From: Bythopirellula sp.
GTDB lineage: Bacteria > Planctomycetota > Planctomycetia > Pirellulales > Lacipirellulaceae
Length of the DNA stretch: 64,000 nt
Reading direction: 5' to 3'
Assembly: GCA_965216565.1 (NCBI GenBank)
Contig: OZ244170.1
Coordinates: forward strand, 864,001 to 928,000
Shown one piece after another: positions 41,478-52,109 of this stretch. Within the stretch, counting starts at the first letter, position 1. Every line of letters starts with the position of its first letter. A program made the position numbers and the translations under genes. Under the pieces are notes generated by a model, which was given only the letters and a program-made list of their open reading frames with translations, had not been told where the DNA came from and ran no database searches.

Positions 41478-42387
41478 GTAAGGTTCCTACGACTTCCGCC
41501 ACACTTGAGGCACCGAGCTCGGCGAGGGCACCGGGTAGTGCGTCGAGAATCGTCATCGAGGCAGTTGGATTGTAGAAGTTCACTGTCCCCAGTTGAACCG
41601 CCGTTGCCCCGGCGACCAGGAATTCCATCACGTCGTCGATCGTGGCGATGCCGCCAATCCCAATGATTGGCGTGTCGGTTGCTTGAGCCGCTTGGTAGAC
41701 GGCTCGGAGCGCGATCGGTTTGATAGCCGGGCCGCTCAGTCCGCCCATCACGTTGCCCAGCAGCGGCTTACGAGCCCGCCAATCGATGGCCATGCTAAGG
41801 CAGGTGTTGACCAGAGAAAGGGCGTCAGCGCCTCCCTGAGCTGCTGCGGTGGCCATCTCGGGCACGCTGGTGACGTTGGGTGTAAGTTTGGCAATCAGGG
41901 GGTGCCGGCAGGCCGCCCGGCACTCGGCGACGAGTTTCTCGCACATCGCCGGATCGGTGCCAAAGTCGACGCCACCGCTGACGTTGGGGCAAGAAACATT
42001 CAGCTCGACCGCTCCCACGCCCTCGTGCTCTGCAAGCTGCGCTGCCATGGCCACGAATTCATCGTGAGTGCGTCCCGCGATGCTCACCACGAGTGTGGGC
42101 TCCAGGCTCGCCAAGTAGGGTAGGTGGTGAGCGACGAAGGCGTCGATGCCGTCATTGTCGAGCCCGATCGAATTCAACATCCCCGAGGCCGTTTCGACGG
42201 TTCGCCAGGGTGCATTTCCTTGCCGGGGCTCTTTGGTGATCGTCTTCGGGAGAATTCCACCTAGTCGAGACAAATCGACCAATTTCGCCATTTCGCGTGC
42301 GTATCCAAAAGTTCCAGAGGCGACTAGAACGGGATTGGCCAATTCCAATCGGCCTAGGGTCACACTTAGTTCGACTTTTGAGGACAA
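41470..42387 (-). CDS. pyrD: dihydroorotate dehydrogenase, family 1B catalytic subunit
   Basis: [32 protein letters not shown]. Confidence 0.93.
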   Translation of the reverse strand: MSSKVELSVTLGRLELANPVLVASGTFGYAREMAKLVDLSRLGGILPKTITKEPRQGNAPWRTVETASGMLNSIGLDNDGIDAFVAHHLPYLASLEPTLVVSIAGRTHDEFVAMAAQLAEHEGVGAVELNVSCPNVSGGVDFGTDPAMCEKLVAECRAACRHPLIAKLTPNVTSVPEMATAAAQGGADALSLVNTCLSMAIDWRARKPLLGNVMGGLSGPAIKPIALRAVYQAAQATDTPIIGIGGIATIDDVMEFLVAGATAVQLGTVNFYNPTASMTILDALPGALAELGASSVAEVVGTLHV

Positions 42388-42576
42388 CTTCGGTTCTGAT
42401 GCGATTTGGGGAAGGCCGATTGTTAGCGGCTGGTTGGAAGGGGGGATTTGTTCCCCTAGGGATCACCAGCAGCAATCTACCGTAGAATCCAGAGTACGGG
42501 GAGGCGGGCGCGCAAAGATAGCGCTGGCCTAGATTTCAGGCTTTGACGAGATAAGCTTGGTTAGCCTAGGGAAACC

Positions 42577-42792
42577 CTAAATGATGCCGCCGTGAATGCT
42601 GTGTGGCTGCAGATGGGAGGGTTGGTCAAGAAACCAAATCCGTTCCCATTCATCCAATGCCTGACGCAGGTTTTCGGATGTGAAAATCAGCTGCTGGGCA
42701 CGTCGGGCCGGATCGGCCGAGTATCCTGGCAGCAAACAGCCTGTACACGACAGGGTGCAAGCGGCAATCAGCGCAAAAAGCCAAATTCGCAT
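42577..42792 (-). CDS. small lipoprotein
   Basis: GGAGGA RBS, ATG at 42792; leader ending CTGC; ERIWFLDQPSHL. Confidence 0.7.
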   Translation of the reverse strand: MRIWLFALIAACTLSCTGCLLPGYSADPARRAQQLIFTSENLRQALDEWERIWFLDQPSHLQPHSIHGGII

Positions 42793-43144
42793 TTGGTTGC
42801 TCCTCCATGAGCATGCGAAACAGACCGTCGTCCAGGGGGGAAGACGCCTATTTCTGTGCGACGAGCCAATTGATCTAGCTTCCCAGACCTTCTGACACGT
42901 CAGTCCCACAATAGTGATAAGTAGTTTGGGCCGCCTTGCTTCCGTCAAATCTTGACGGTAGTCGGGCGAGCCCTGGTAGAAAAGTCGGCGGAGACTAGCG
43001 AAATCGCCCAACTGCGCCGAGAGCAATATCGGACCCCACGCGTGTTGGGCTTCACCAAACCTGCAGGCTGTTAAGATAGGCAGAGACAGAACTGCTCGCT
43101 AGCAGCACAGCTACCATCACCTTGGCCTCAGACGCGGAAGGGCT

Positions 43145-43561
43145 TTAGCCCCCGGAGTTCGACTCGTAACTCGTTGCAGGCGAGAAACTTTGGTCGGGCG
43201 AAGGTGGCGCGGGTGCCGTTTGGTTAGCAGGGGGGGAGTTGGCATTCGCCTGTTCAGCGGCTGCTTGCTCAGCAGCTCGACGTTCCAACTCACGGACCCG
43301 CTCTTCCATCTCTTTGCCCGGCTTGAACGTCACCACAAACTTTTCTGGGACAAAGACTTTCTCGCCGGTGCGGGGATTGCGAGCCTTACGGGCGGCACGC
43401 TGCTTGACCTCAAAGACGCCGAAATTACGGAGCTCGATGCGCCGATCCTCGACCAAGGTATCAACGATGGCATCAAAGGTTTTCTGGACGATTTCCTTAG
43501 TCTTTAATTGGGTGAGACCAATCTCCTCCGAAATGGTCTTTACGATCTCTTTTTTCGTCAC
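43145..43561 (-). CDS. HU/IHF family DNA-binding protein
   Basis: [24 protein letters not shown]. Confidence 0.93.
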   Translation of the reverse strand: MTKKEIVKTISEEIGLTQLKTKEIVQKTFDAIVDTLVEDRRIELRNFGVFEVKQRAARKARNPRTGEKVFVPEKFVVTFKPGKEMEERVRELERRAAEQAAAEQANANSPPANQTAPAPPSPDQSFSPATSYESNSGG

Positions 43562-43927
43562 GACGAGGTCCCCTTGATTGAAAAGGATCGCTGCTAGGAT
43601 GGGCGAGGAAACGACCCTATTTCAATGCAGCTTATCGCTCCAAGTGTAATTGTCATAAGCATTAGTGTCAACAATACGGACGCTGGCAGGGGTTTGTTCG
43701 CCCCGCCGATTATCGCTGACTAACTCACTGAAATCGACTCCAGCCGTCTTCCGAAGCCGCAATTGCCCTGTGATTCAAGCGTCCTTGGGCCGAACGGCTA
43801 CAAATCGCCGTAAGGCCAACACTGGCTGAGACTTGGCGAAAAAAGATTCGACAATCTTGTCTGTCGGCCCCGGTTTTTGAGTTCAGGTAATCTGAGGGGA
43901 ATCGGGGGAATGCCAGGAGAGCTGGCC

Positions 43928-44380
43928 TTACACTCGAATGACGTCTGATTGCTGCTCGATGATCTCGAGTTGGTAGAGCTTTCCTTGATCGCATCCCGGG
44001 CAATCTTTGCCAGCTTCCTGCCAGGCTTGAGGGCTGCTCAGGTTGCTCTTCCAAAAGGGCCAAGTCCGACATTGGCGGGGGCGGTGCTCATAGACTTGGC
44101 ACTTTCGCGTATCTGGATCGAGAAACACACAGTCGTAGTTTCTCTTAGGCAGTTCCTTCAAACTCCGCCGGATGCCCACCCCTCGGACGAATCGACGCTC
44201 GAACTCAGCGGAGGAAATATCGAAATGGCCGGCTAGCGCGTCGATCTCTGCCTGATTGACCCAGATATAACCAGGTGCCCCGCTGCAACAATTCCCGCAG
44301 CCTGTGCACTCGAACCGCAGGCCCTTGTCATACCAGGGAGATTCGTCAGTGGTTTTCGATTCGGAAGATTGTTTGGCCAT
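43928..44380 (-). CDS. YkgJ family cysteine-cluster protein
   Basis: CTGCGNCC, CVFL, C.VYEHRPRQCRTWPFW. Confidence 0.9.
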   Translation of the reverse strand: MAKQSSESKTTDESPWYDKGLRFECTGCGNCCSGAPGYIWVNQAEIDALAGHFDISSAEFERRFVRGVGIRRSLKELPKRNYDCVFLDPDTRKCQVYEHRPRQCRTWPFWKSNLSSPQAWQEAGKDCPGCDQGKLYQLEIIEQQSDVIRV

Positions 44381-44419
44381 CGTTTAACACGGCTTAGGGT
44401 AGGAAAGCTAAGTCTTCAT

Positions 44420-44453
44420 CCCCACCCCCGTTTTCGGGGGAGGGGTTAGGGGA
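44420..44453. repeat. CCCTCTCCC/GGGAGAGGG-type palindromic repeat
   Basis: CCCCACCCCCG..CGGGGGAGGGG; related copies at 50397-50425 and 52843-52908. Confidence 0.6.
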
Positions 44454-44472
44454 GAAGGAATTGATCTCAGGG

Positions 44473-45645
44473 TTAGTGATTTACCGAGGCCAACTCGGAA
44501 AGCAACTCGAGCGTCTGGTCAATCTCGGTGGAGGTGGTGGACCAACCGGGGCTCAGACGTACTGTGCCTCCGGATTCGAGTGTGCCGAGTGCCTGATGCA
44601 TTCGTGGAGCGCAGTGTAAACCGGCTCGCGTCTGAACGCCACCGGTGACATCGAGCGCGGCAGCCAATTCCTGGGGGTCATATCCTTCGAGAGTGAAACT
44701 CACGACGCTGGTTCGGTTTTCAGTTGTCTTCGGCCCATAGAGTTTCAGCCCTGAGATCGTCTGCAGTCCATTGAGAAGTTGATTGACGAGTTGCTTTTGA
44801 TCGGCCTCGATTTCGGCTACGCCCCGGCTCTCGACAAATTCCACAGCGGCTGCCAATCCGGCCAATCCCGGCAAATTGTGATTCCCCGCCTCGTACTTGT
44901 CGGGCATCGTATTGGGTTGTTGATCCGATTCGCTTGCCGATCCGGTCCCGCCATAGCGCAAAGGACGAATCTGTTGCTCGACGCCGGGGCGGATGTACAA
45001 CAGACCAGTCCCCAAGGGGCCTAATAAACCCTTATGCCCGGAGGCGGCGAGCAGGTCGATTCGATCAGCCTCGACATCGAGAGGCACGTGCCCCAGTGTC
45101 TGCGCTGCATCGACCAGCAGCAGGCACTCTGCCTCGCGGGTGATTTCGGCGATTCTACGAATCGGTTGCAGCGAGCCGGTAACATTCGATCCATGCAACA
45201 CTGCCACTAGTTTGGTTGAGGGCTTTATGGCCTGCTGAACCTCGTCGGGCGAGACGAACCCTTGGCTATCGCATTGGATGTAGCTGACCGAGATTTGTCC
45301 GTCGTCGGTGAGTGCCCTCAAGGGCCGCAGAACTGAGTTGTGCTCGCAAACGGTGGTCACAACGTGATCGCCCTCGCTCAAGCAACCAAGGATCGCCAGA
45401 TTGAGCGAATCGGTGCAGTTGCCGGTGAAGACCACCTGCCTGGGCTGCGAAGTGCCGATTATTCGAGCGGCGCCTTGCCGAGCCTGCTGAAGAATTCGAT
45501 TCGACTCCACCGCATGAGAATAGCCCGCGCGGCTTCCGGGAGCGCCGATCTCGCGCAGGTAGCGATCCACGGCCTCGTAAACGCATTCAGGCTTGGGCCA
45601 ACTTGTGGCGGCGTTATCGAGATAGATACGGCTCTGCACGCTCAC
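44473..45645 (-). CDS. cysteine desulfurase family (class V aminotransferase)
   Basis: YLDNAATS, EHNS, DAAQ, SGHK, RAGLHCA; GTGA overlap with moaA. Confidence 0.9.
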   Translation of the reverse strand: MSVQSRIYLDNAATSWPKPECVYEAVDRYLREIGAPGSRAGYSHAVESNRILQQARQGAARIIGTSQPRQVVFTGNCTDSLNLAILGCLSEGDHVVTTVCEHNSVLRPLRALTDDGQISVSYIQCDSQGFVSPDEVQQAIKPSTKLVAVLHGSNVTGSLQPIRRIAEITREAECLLLVDAAQTLGHVPLDVEADRIDLLAASGHKGLLGPLGTGLLYIRPGVEQQIRPLRYGGTGSASESDQQPNTMPDKYEAGNHNLPGLAGLAAAVEFVESRGVAEIEADQKQLVNQLLNGLQTISGLKLYGPKTTENRTSVVSFTLEGYDPQELAAALDVTGGVQTRAGLHCAPRMHQALGTLESGGTVRLSPGWSTTSTEIDQTLELLSELASVNH

Positions 45646-46661
45646 CCGCCGATCTGGTACATAGCACGGGCAGGCCGCTCGAACTCTTCCGTTCCTATGC
45701 CGTGAGCCGCAGCTTTGGCCCCGACGCAGTCCCGGACCAACTCTCGAAGCTCAGCGTCCGTGCCCCCCGTCCTGAGTAAATGGCGGGCATCCCATTCCGT
45801 GGTGGAGAATAAGCAGTTGCGTACTTGCCCTTCGGCGGTGATGCGCAGCCGATTGCAGGTATCGCAGAAGGGTTGGCTTACCGGGTTGATAAATCCGATT
45901 CTGCCGCGACCGTCCGTGAATTGATAGTCGGTGGCTGGCTGACTGGGATCGCTGCGATCTATTGGTTTAAGGGCACAAAAAGCTTCCTCCAGCCTGGAGC
46001 GAATTGTCTGCCCCGTGAGAACTTCCTCGTCTTGCCAATTGCCATCCGCATCGAGTGGCATGAACTCAATAAACCGCAATTCGAAATCGTGCTGACGGGA
46101 AAACTCGGCCAGCGGAACCAGTTCTTCATCCGTGAGACCGCGAATAGCGATTGCATTGAGGCGAATTCTCTCAAAGCCAACATCCCGCGCCGCAAAGATC
46201 CCGTCGAGAACCTTCTGCAGGCCCTTACGTCGGGAGATGCGTTCGAAGGTGGCTTCGTTGAGTGTGTCGAGACTCACGTTCAATCGATCGAGCCCCGCCG
46301 CTTTGAGTGGCGCAGCTTGTTCGGCTAACAAGATGCCGTTGGTTGTGAGTGCCAAGTCCTCAATGCCCGGCACAGCCCTAAGCATGCGAATGAGCTCGGG
46401 TAATCCACTGCGGACCAAAGGTTCACCGCCTGTCAGGCGAATCTTGTTCACTCCAAGGCTGGCTGCAACGCGAACGAATTGTTCGATTTCTTCGAAGGCT
46501 AATAGTTCCTCACGGGGTCGAAATACGACCTCTTCCGGCATGCAGTAGAAGCAACGGATGTTGCACCGATCGGTAACACTCACGCGGAGATTGCTGTGAA
46601 CGCGGCCGAAGCGATCGACAAGAAGGCTCTGGTCGTTCGTGTTGGCAGGGGAGATTGGCAT
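45642..46661 (-). CDS. moaA: GTP 3',8-cyclase
   Basis: CNIRCFYC radical SAM motif, TGGEP, CDTCNRLR..C, C-terminal IGG. Confidence 0.95.
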   Translation of the reverse strand: MPISPANTNDQSLLVDRFGRVHSNLRVSVTDRCNIRCFYCMPEEVVFRPREELLAFEEIEQFVRVAASLGVNKIRLTGGEPLVRSGLPELIRMLRAVPGIEDLALTTNGILLAEQAAPLKAAGLDRLNVSLDTLNEATFERISRRKGLQKVLDGIFAARDVGFERIRLNAIAIRGLTDEELVPLAEFSRQHDFELRFIEFMPLDADGNWQDEEVLTGQTIRSRLEEAFCALKPIDRSDPSQPATDYQFTDGRGRIGFINPVSQPFCDTCNRLRITAEGQVRNCLFSTTEWDARHLLRTGGTDAELRELVRDCVGAKAAAHGIGTEEFERPARAMYQIGG

Positions 46662-46666
46662 CGGAT

Positions 46667-47119
46667 CTACGGAGTGTGGGGCTCAGGCGTTTCGAGCACG
46701 GTTTGTTCGCCGCTGGGGTGAACCCATTCGCTAGTGCCATCGGCCCAATGTTCCTGTTTCCAAATGGGTACGCGATCTTTGAGTGTATCGATAAGCCATT
46801 GCCCGGCGTCGAAGCTTTCGCCCCGGTGGGGCGTTGCCACCCCGACAGCCACGCTGGCTTCGCCCAAAGGCACCAGGCCCAAACGGTGGACCAGAATGCA
46901 CTCTGCCAGCGGCCAGCGCTCGCGAGCCTCCTCTTCGAGCTTTTCCATTTCCTTAAGGGCCATTTCGATATAGGCGTCGTAGGTCAATTCCACCGTCTCT
47001 CGGCCATCGGTCATTCGACGAGCGACGCCCAAGAACATGACCACCGCACCCGCCTCGGGAGACTGCAGTTTTTGGAGCAGTGAATTGCCATCAATTGGTG
47101 CGTGTGTGATTTCTATCAT
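46667..47119 (-). CDS. moaE: molybdopterin synthase catalytic subunit
   Basis: GAVVMFLG, HRLG, PHR, LK..VPIWK. Confidence 0.93.
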   Translation of the reverse strand: MIEITHAPIDGNSLLQKLQSPEAGAVVMFLGVARRMTDGRETVELTYDAYIEMALKEMEKLEEEARERWPLAECILVHRLGLVPLGEASVAVGVATPHRGESFDAGQWLIDTLKDRVPIWKQEHWADGTSEWVHPSGEQTVLETPEPHTP

Positions 47120-47148
47120 GATACTCCGAGACTCTTTCCGGCAAACGA

Positions 47149-47394
47149 TCATCCACCACTGACTGGCGGGATGCAGGCAATATCTGAGTTTTCTGTGATT
47201 GGTGTTTCGTCCGACGCGTACTCGGCATCAATGGCAAACAGTGCCCCTGCGAGAAGCGACTGCAAGGAAGGAACGCTTTCGCTAACTTTTTTTCGTAGGT
47301 CCGCGACATTAGCGCCAACTGGGAGTTCTACCTCCAGGCTCTCTGTGGCGGCTAATTGCCGTGCGGCTGCAAATAGTTGCACGGTTACCCTCAT
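47149..47394 (-). CDS. moaD: MoaD/ThiS sulfur carrier
   Basis: 81 aa, C-terminal PPVSGG. Confidence 0.9.
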   Translation of the reverse strand: MRVTVQLFAAARQLAATESLEVELPVGANVADLRKKVSESVPSLQSLLAGALFAIDAEYASDETPITENSDIACIPPVSGG

Positions 47395-50357
47395 GTTACC
47401 ACCAGTTCGCCACTCGTGCTATTGAGTGCATTGCGTAGTTCGGGCATTAAACCGTAGGCATGGGCAACAATTTTTACGGGGTGAATCGTGGGCTTGGTGG
47501 TTCCCTGCTCCATTTGAATTTTGCAGGTGCTGCATTCCGTGGTAGCAACGGCAAATTCACCTGTGCGGACGGCATTCAACAGCGGCAAACCGGCTCGTAA
47601 GCTATTGCGATAATTCTGGTGCTGAATGCCGTACATTCCTGCAATACCACTGCAGCCCTTTTCCAGATGTTTCACTTTCAAACCGGGAATCAACTCCAAT
47701 AAGTTGGACGCGGGAGTACCCGAACCAAGTGCCTTTACATGACACGGCACATGATACCCAATCGTGGTGGGTAGCGGACTGAAGTCGAGCTCCAGTTTTC
47801 CGCGTTGATGACAATGCCACAAATAGTGGCACGCCTCCATGGTATTGTCAGCCACCAGTTGAGCGTCGGTGTCCTCGGGTAGCAACGTGGAGTATTCGTG
47901 CGTTAACGCGAGGACGGCCGAGGGCTCGGTTGCCACAATCGTGTAACCCAGCCGCACCGCCTCAGCCAGAAGCGCGACGTTCGCTTCCGCCGCTTTGCGA
48001 GCCGGATCCAAGACACCCCGTGAGATCATCGGCATCGCCGCATGAACTTGCCGATCGGGAACGTAGACCGAGATGCCGTTATGCTCTAACACCGCCACCA
48101 AGGATTCGGCTAGCTGGGTGTCGCAGTAGTTGGCATAAGTATCGACGAAATAAAGGACCTTCTCGCCTTCGGTTCTTTGAGCTCGATTGATACGGCGCTG
48201 CACCGAACGAGTGAGAAATGGGCGATTGCTAAAGCGAGGCAGTTTTCGACCCTGAGCGATGCCGAGCGACTTCTCCATCACCCAACGCGCGATCCGATTG
48301 GCAATAGCCCAGTTCGCCAGTCTCGAGAAACGTGAACCAATCGCACAGAGGTCGTCGACGCGCGTCAGTAGCCAATCGAATAAGTGCTGGCTATTGGTTG
48401 CTACGTAAGAGGCCTTGGCTTCGATCATCAGTTTGGGGATATCGACTTCCGCCGGACATTCCAACCGACACATATGGCAATGCACACAAAGATCGGCGAC
48501 TTTTTTGAAATCGTCTTCCAGAATGGCACTGGCGGGCAGCGTGCCGGTGAGCAGCCCCCGCATAAGATTGGCCTTGGCCCGGGGCGAGGCCTCTTCACGC
48601 GGTGCGAAGCGAAAGATCGGGCACATGCGCGTCAATTCGGCGCGAGTCCGGCAGGTACCGCAACCGTTGCACACGCGAGCCGCATGGGCCATTTCTTCCG
48701 GTTGCCAATCGAGTTGCAATTGGGTTATTGCGGTTGTTGCCTGGCCATTGGTATCACCCGCAGCTGGACTTTCGGCGAGATCTTCCGCATAAGTTACCCG
48801 GCGCAGATTCTGAAGCGGTTTTTTATCCTGGGGAGGGACAATCTTCCCCGGGTTGAGCAACTCATTGGGGTCGAACAGTTCCTTGATTTCCGAGAATGCC
48901 TCGGTCAGCGGACCATACTGCTTTTTCAAATAAGGAGTGCGGCTAAGCCCGTCGCCATGCTCGCCACTAATCGTGCCTCCTGCATTCCACACTTCTCTAT
49001 ATATCTGATCGGCCAGTGTGCCAAGTTTAGCGACATCTGCGGGGTCCGCTACATCCAGGAACGGACGAATATGCAATTGGCCATGCCCCACGTGTCCGAA
49101 CAGCGAGGCGGTCACTTGCTGCTGCTTAAGAATTTGTTGCAAATGCTGGAGAAATTCAGGCAGGTGGTCCGGCGGCACGGCCACGTCTTCCACATAGGGA
49201 ACGGGACGCGTCGATCCTTTGAGACGATAGAGGGTCGGAACAAAACGCCGCGCTAATTGCCACAGCATTTCATGATCGATTTGGTCGAGTGCCAGATGCG
49301 ACCCTGAGAGCAGTTTGGCACGCTCTAGTTTGTTGATGGTTTCATTGAGTAGATCACGAATCTCGTCGATTGATTCGCCAGAAAACTCAACCAGCAGTAC
49401 GGCCTCAGCCACTTGGGGAATTAAGAATTCGTATCGCGGGTCGCTTTCGCGGGCCAAGCTCAGGTGGCGACGATCCATCATGTCGCAGGCTGAAGGCTCT
49501 AACTTGCGGATTTCTTGTACGGCACGAGCCGCATTGTCGATCGATTCGAAAAACAGCAAGACCGAGTTGCTATGGGTGGGAAGCGGAGAGGTTGAAACCG
49601 TTGCTGCGGTGATCAACCCCAGCGTGCCTTCGCTACCCGTCAGAAGTCTCGCAAGATGAAGTTTGCCATTCTCGCGGATGTCGTCTAATCGGTAGCCAGC
49701 ACAATTCACCAGGCTATGCGGCATGCGCTGTTCAATTTGCGCGTCGTGCTGGGACAGGATTTCGTCGACGCCGGTAACGAGTTTACCGACGAGCGATGTA
49801 TCGCCTTCCTGAGGTAGTTCGTGCGAAGCCAATTCCACAACATCGCCCGTGGCCATTACCACCTGCAGAGTGTGAACATGATTTCGGACCGACCCATAGC
49901 GGGCCCAACGACTGCCGCTGGCATCGAGGGCGACCATGCTTCCTATCGTGGTCACTTCGTTATTTGCTGGGTCGGGGCCAAACACGCGGCCCTGCTCGAC
50001 AAGTCGGCTATTCAAGCGATTCAGCACCACGCCGGCTTGCACGGTCACCAACCCATCGCCTTGGTAAGTGACGCGACGCATGTAACGCGAGAAGTCGACG
50101 ATCAATCCCTTCCCCAAGCATCCACCAGCCAACCCCGAGCCCCCGCCGCGCGGGTGCAGCGCTAACTCGTTCTCTGCCGCATATTTGACGGTGGCCACGA
50201 CATCGTCGAGAGTACGTGGGCGGACGACACCCAGTGGTGTCATTTCAAAGAGGCTGCCATCACTAGCATAGAGCGAGACGAACAACTCGTCGCACCGCAC
50301 CGCGCCAGAGATCTGACCACGCAAGTCTTCTTCGATGCGCTGTCGTTCGGCGTCCAT
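47391..50357 (-). CDS. FAD-linked oxidase fused to Fe-S and CCG domains
   Basis: PRGGGSGL, GSEGTLG, GEHGDG, NPGK, CNGCGTC, CVHCHMC..ECP; ATGA overlap with moaD. Confidence 0.88.
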   Translation of the reverse strand: MDAERQRIEEDLRGQISGAVRCDELFVSLYASDGSLFEMTPLGVVRPRTLDDVVATVKYAAENELALHPRGGGSGLAGGCLGKGLIVDFSRYMRRVTYQGDGLVTVQAGVVLNRLNSRLVEQGRVFGPDPANNEVTTIGSMVALDASGSRWARYGSVRNHVHTLQVVMATGDVVELASHELPQEGDTSLVGKLVTGVDEILSQHDAQIEQRMPHSLVNCAGYRLDDIRENGKLHLARLLTGSEGTLGLITAATVSTSPLPTHSNSVLLFFESIDNAARAVQEIRKLEPSACDMMDRRHLSLARESDPRYEFLIPQVAEAVLLVEFSGESIDEIRDLLNETINKLERAKLLSGSHLALDQIDHEMLWQLARRFVPTLYRLKGSTRPVPYVEDVAVPPDHLPEFLQHLQQILKQQQVTASLFGHVGHGQLHIRPFLDVADPADVAKLGTLADQIYREVWNAGGTISGEHGDGLSRTPYLKKQYGPLTEAFSEIKELFDPNELLNPGKIVPPQDKKPLQNLRRVTYAEDLAESPAAGDTNGQATTAITQLQLDWQPEEMAHAARVCNGCGTCRTRAELTRMCPIFRFAPREEASPRAKANLMRGLLTGTLPASAILEDDFKKVADLCVHCHMCRLECPAEVDIPKLMIEAKASYVATNSQHLFDWLLTRVDDLCAIGSRFSRLANWAIANRIARWVMEKSLGIAQGRKLPRFSNRPFLTRSVQRRINRAQRTEGEKVLYFVDTYANYCDTQLAESLVAVLEHNGISVYVPDRQVHAAMPMISRGVLDPARKAAEANVALLAEAVRLGYTIVATEPSAVLALTHEYSTLLPEDTDAQLVADNTMEACHYLWHCHQRGKLELDFSPLPTTIGYHVPCHVKALGSGTPASNLLELIPGLKVKHLEKGCSGIAGMYGIQHQNYRNSLRAGLPLLNAVRTGEFAVATTECSTCKIQMEQGTTKPTIHPVKIVAHAYGLMPELRNALNSTSGELVVT

Positions 50358-50463
50358 AAGTGCTCGGGTTATTGCCTAGAGTCTCGGGCTTACTATCTCC
50401 CCTCTCCCGTCTGCGGGAAGGGGGCATTGGCTGTTGTAGACGCTTCGTTATTTGGTCAGCCAG

Positions 50464-50546
50464 TTTAGCCCCCGGCTCTGCCGGGGGAACAATTTCATGT
50501 GAAAATCAGCTGGCAATTTGATCCCCCGGCAGAGCCGGGGGCTAAA
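50464..50546. repeat. REP-like pair TAGCCCCCGGCTCTGCCGGGG, copy 2
   Basis: TTTAGCCCCCGGCTCTGCCGGGGGA ... TCCCCCGGCAGAGCCGGGGGCTAAA, perfect inverted repeat. Confidence 0.85.
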
Positions 50547-50560
50547 ATTAATTACATGTC

Positions 50561-51037
50561 CTATGCCGGTGTGCGCGGCGAGTTTTCGTTCATCCGGGCG
50601 GCCAATTGTCTAAACTTCTCGTGCGTTTCCAAATCGAAACTGCCGTGGCTGTCCATATCTTCCACACCACGATACAACGCATTGCAGCGGTAACACATCA
50701 GGGCATCGCCCACGAACACATACAGCAACACGTCAATGAGTGCCGTGGCAAACAGAATTCCAAAGGTCCACAGCAAGTTTGTGTGATACCAGGCGATGGA
50801 ACTACCAATGATTCCGACCGCTACCAGTGCCACGCCGATTCGCTGAGGGAAATCCTTGCGGACGTATAGATCGGTACTAGGGCAAACCAAACAACGGCTC
50901 ACCCGCTGACCCTGAATCGCGTCTTGCGGCACGGCGAGTTGCTTGTCGCAGTGCAGGCAATCGAGGTGCCGCGTTTGCTCGTCAAACTCGGTGCGACTGG
51001 TGGCATCGCAATGCGGACAGGCGAAGGTTACGTTCAC
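50561..51037 (-). CDS. hypothetical membrane protein with CxxC motifs
   Basis: Four CxxC pairs, RKDFP, two TM helices. Confidence 0.7.
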   Translation of the reverse strand: MNVTFACPHCDATSRTEFDEQTRHLDCLHCDKQLAVPQDAIQGQRVSRCLVCPSTDLYVRKDFPQRIGVALVAVGIIGSSIAWYHTNLLWTFGILFATALIDVLLYVFVGDALMCYRCNALYRGVEDMDSHGSFDLETHEKFRQLAARMNENSPRTPA

Positions 51038-51058
51038 GGGGATAAATGTTGCGATTTG

Positions 51059-51151
51059 GGTGAGTATGTGAGTAGGTGAGTAGGTAAGGGGGAAAGCGAG
51101 AGTAAGAGGCCACGATCAAATAGCAACCTACTCACTTACTCACCTACTCAC
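51059..51151. repeat. inverted arms of 8-nt tandem units (GGTGAGTA)
   Basis: ggtgagta tgtgagta ggtgagta ... acctactc acttactc acctactc ac. Confidence 0.8.
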
Positions 51152-51165
51152 GGCGTGAGCCCACA

Positions 51166-52020
51166 TTATAGCGGAAACAGGCTCTCGGCAGACAGTAGCA
51201 AGGCCATTGTTTCGCCGACAAAAGTACCGATCACCGCGACGTAGAGAATGCCAGTGGCGCTCTGGGTATTGGGGATCTTCAGCGTTTGCCATGCCATCCA
51301 TGTGAGCGCAGCCACGCCCACCAAACCGAACACCCAGCGCAGCAGAACGAATAGAATCCACTGGGTGGTGATTGTGTTGAGATTTGACAGTTCCCCCCAT
51401 AGTCCTAGCGCCGAAACCAAGGTTTGCAGCGCCACCGCCCCCGCCATCGCCGCCAGCAGGCGATACAGCGGCTTGAGTTCCATCGTGGGCGTGTTGAGAT
51501 ACCAATGCCCCAGGAGCATCGCAGCCATCGTGATGCCTAAGAGGAGGCCGGAAGTGATGGTGGAGATTGCTCTTAGCAACTTTGGATTGAAACCTGCAAT
51601 CTTGCGATGCTCAGTGTTCGCGCTATTCTCCCCTGAGATTCTCGATTCATCGACTTCTTGAACCGCATCGTATTTGTATTGGAAGTTTGAAGTTACAGAT
51701 TCTGAATCTACAACCACTTGGACAAAAGACCCGGCCAGTGCGTTAATAGCCACCATAATAAGCATAAACTTTCCCGCGCGCGGTTTTTCGTACAACCAGC
51801 ACACGGCCCCAACATAACTTGCAATCGCTGCAATTACACAATTGGTGAAAGTGTTTTCAGCAACCGAATAGGTCAGCAGTGCGGCCAGCGCACTCAACCC
51901 CAGCGTCACATACAGATGATTACGGTAATAGCCACTCGTCACGAGCTTCGGCGAAGTGATCGCCATGCCCGTCGCCAAGCCAAACGTCAACCGCAATAAG
52001 AACTGGACTAGAAGGGCCAT
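51166..52020 (-). CDS. hypothetical polytopic membrane protein
   Basis: About 7 TM helices; AMLLGHWYL, TQSATGILY. Confidence 0.75.
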   Translation of the reverse strand: MALLVQFLLRLTFGLATGMAITSPKLVTSGYYRNHLYVTLGLSALAALLTYSVAENTFTNCVIAAIASYVGAVCWLYEKPRAGKFMLIMVAINALAGSFVQVVVDSESVTSNFQYKYDAVQEVDESRISGENSANTEHRKIAGFNPKLLRAISTITSGLLLGITMAAMLLGHWYLNTPTMELKPLYRLLAAMAGAVALQTLVSALGLWGELSNLNTITTQWILFVLLRWVFGLVGVAALTWMAWQTLKIPNTQSATGILYVAVIGTFVGETMALLLSAESLFPL

Positions 52021-52025
52021 GTTTA

Positions 52026-52109
52026 GTGTGAGATTTGTGATTGACGATGTATTAATTCGGTGGTCGTAGCGTTTCTGACATCATCAATCATAAATCAAAC
52101 ATCTCACAT
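52026..52109. repeat. inverted arms of 7-nt tandem units (ATGTNNG-like), copy 2
   Basis: gtgtgag atttgtg attgacg atgt ... aatcata aatcaaa catctca cat. Confidence 0.75.
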
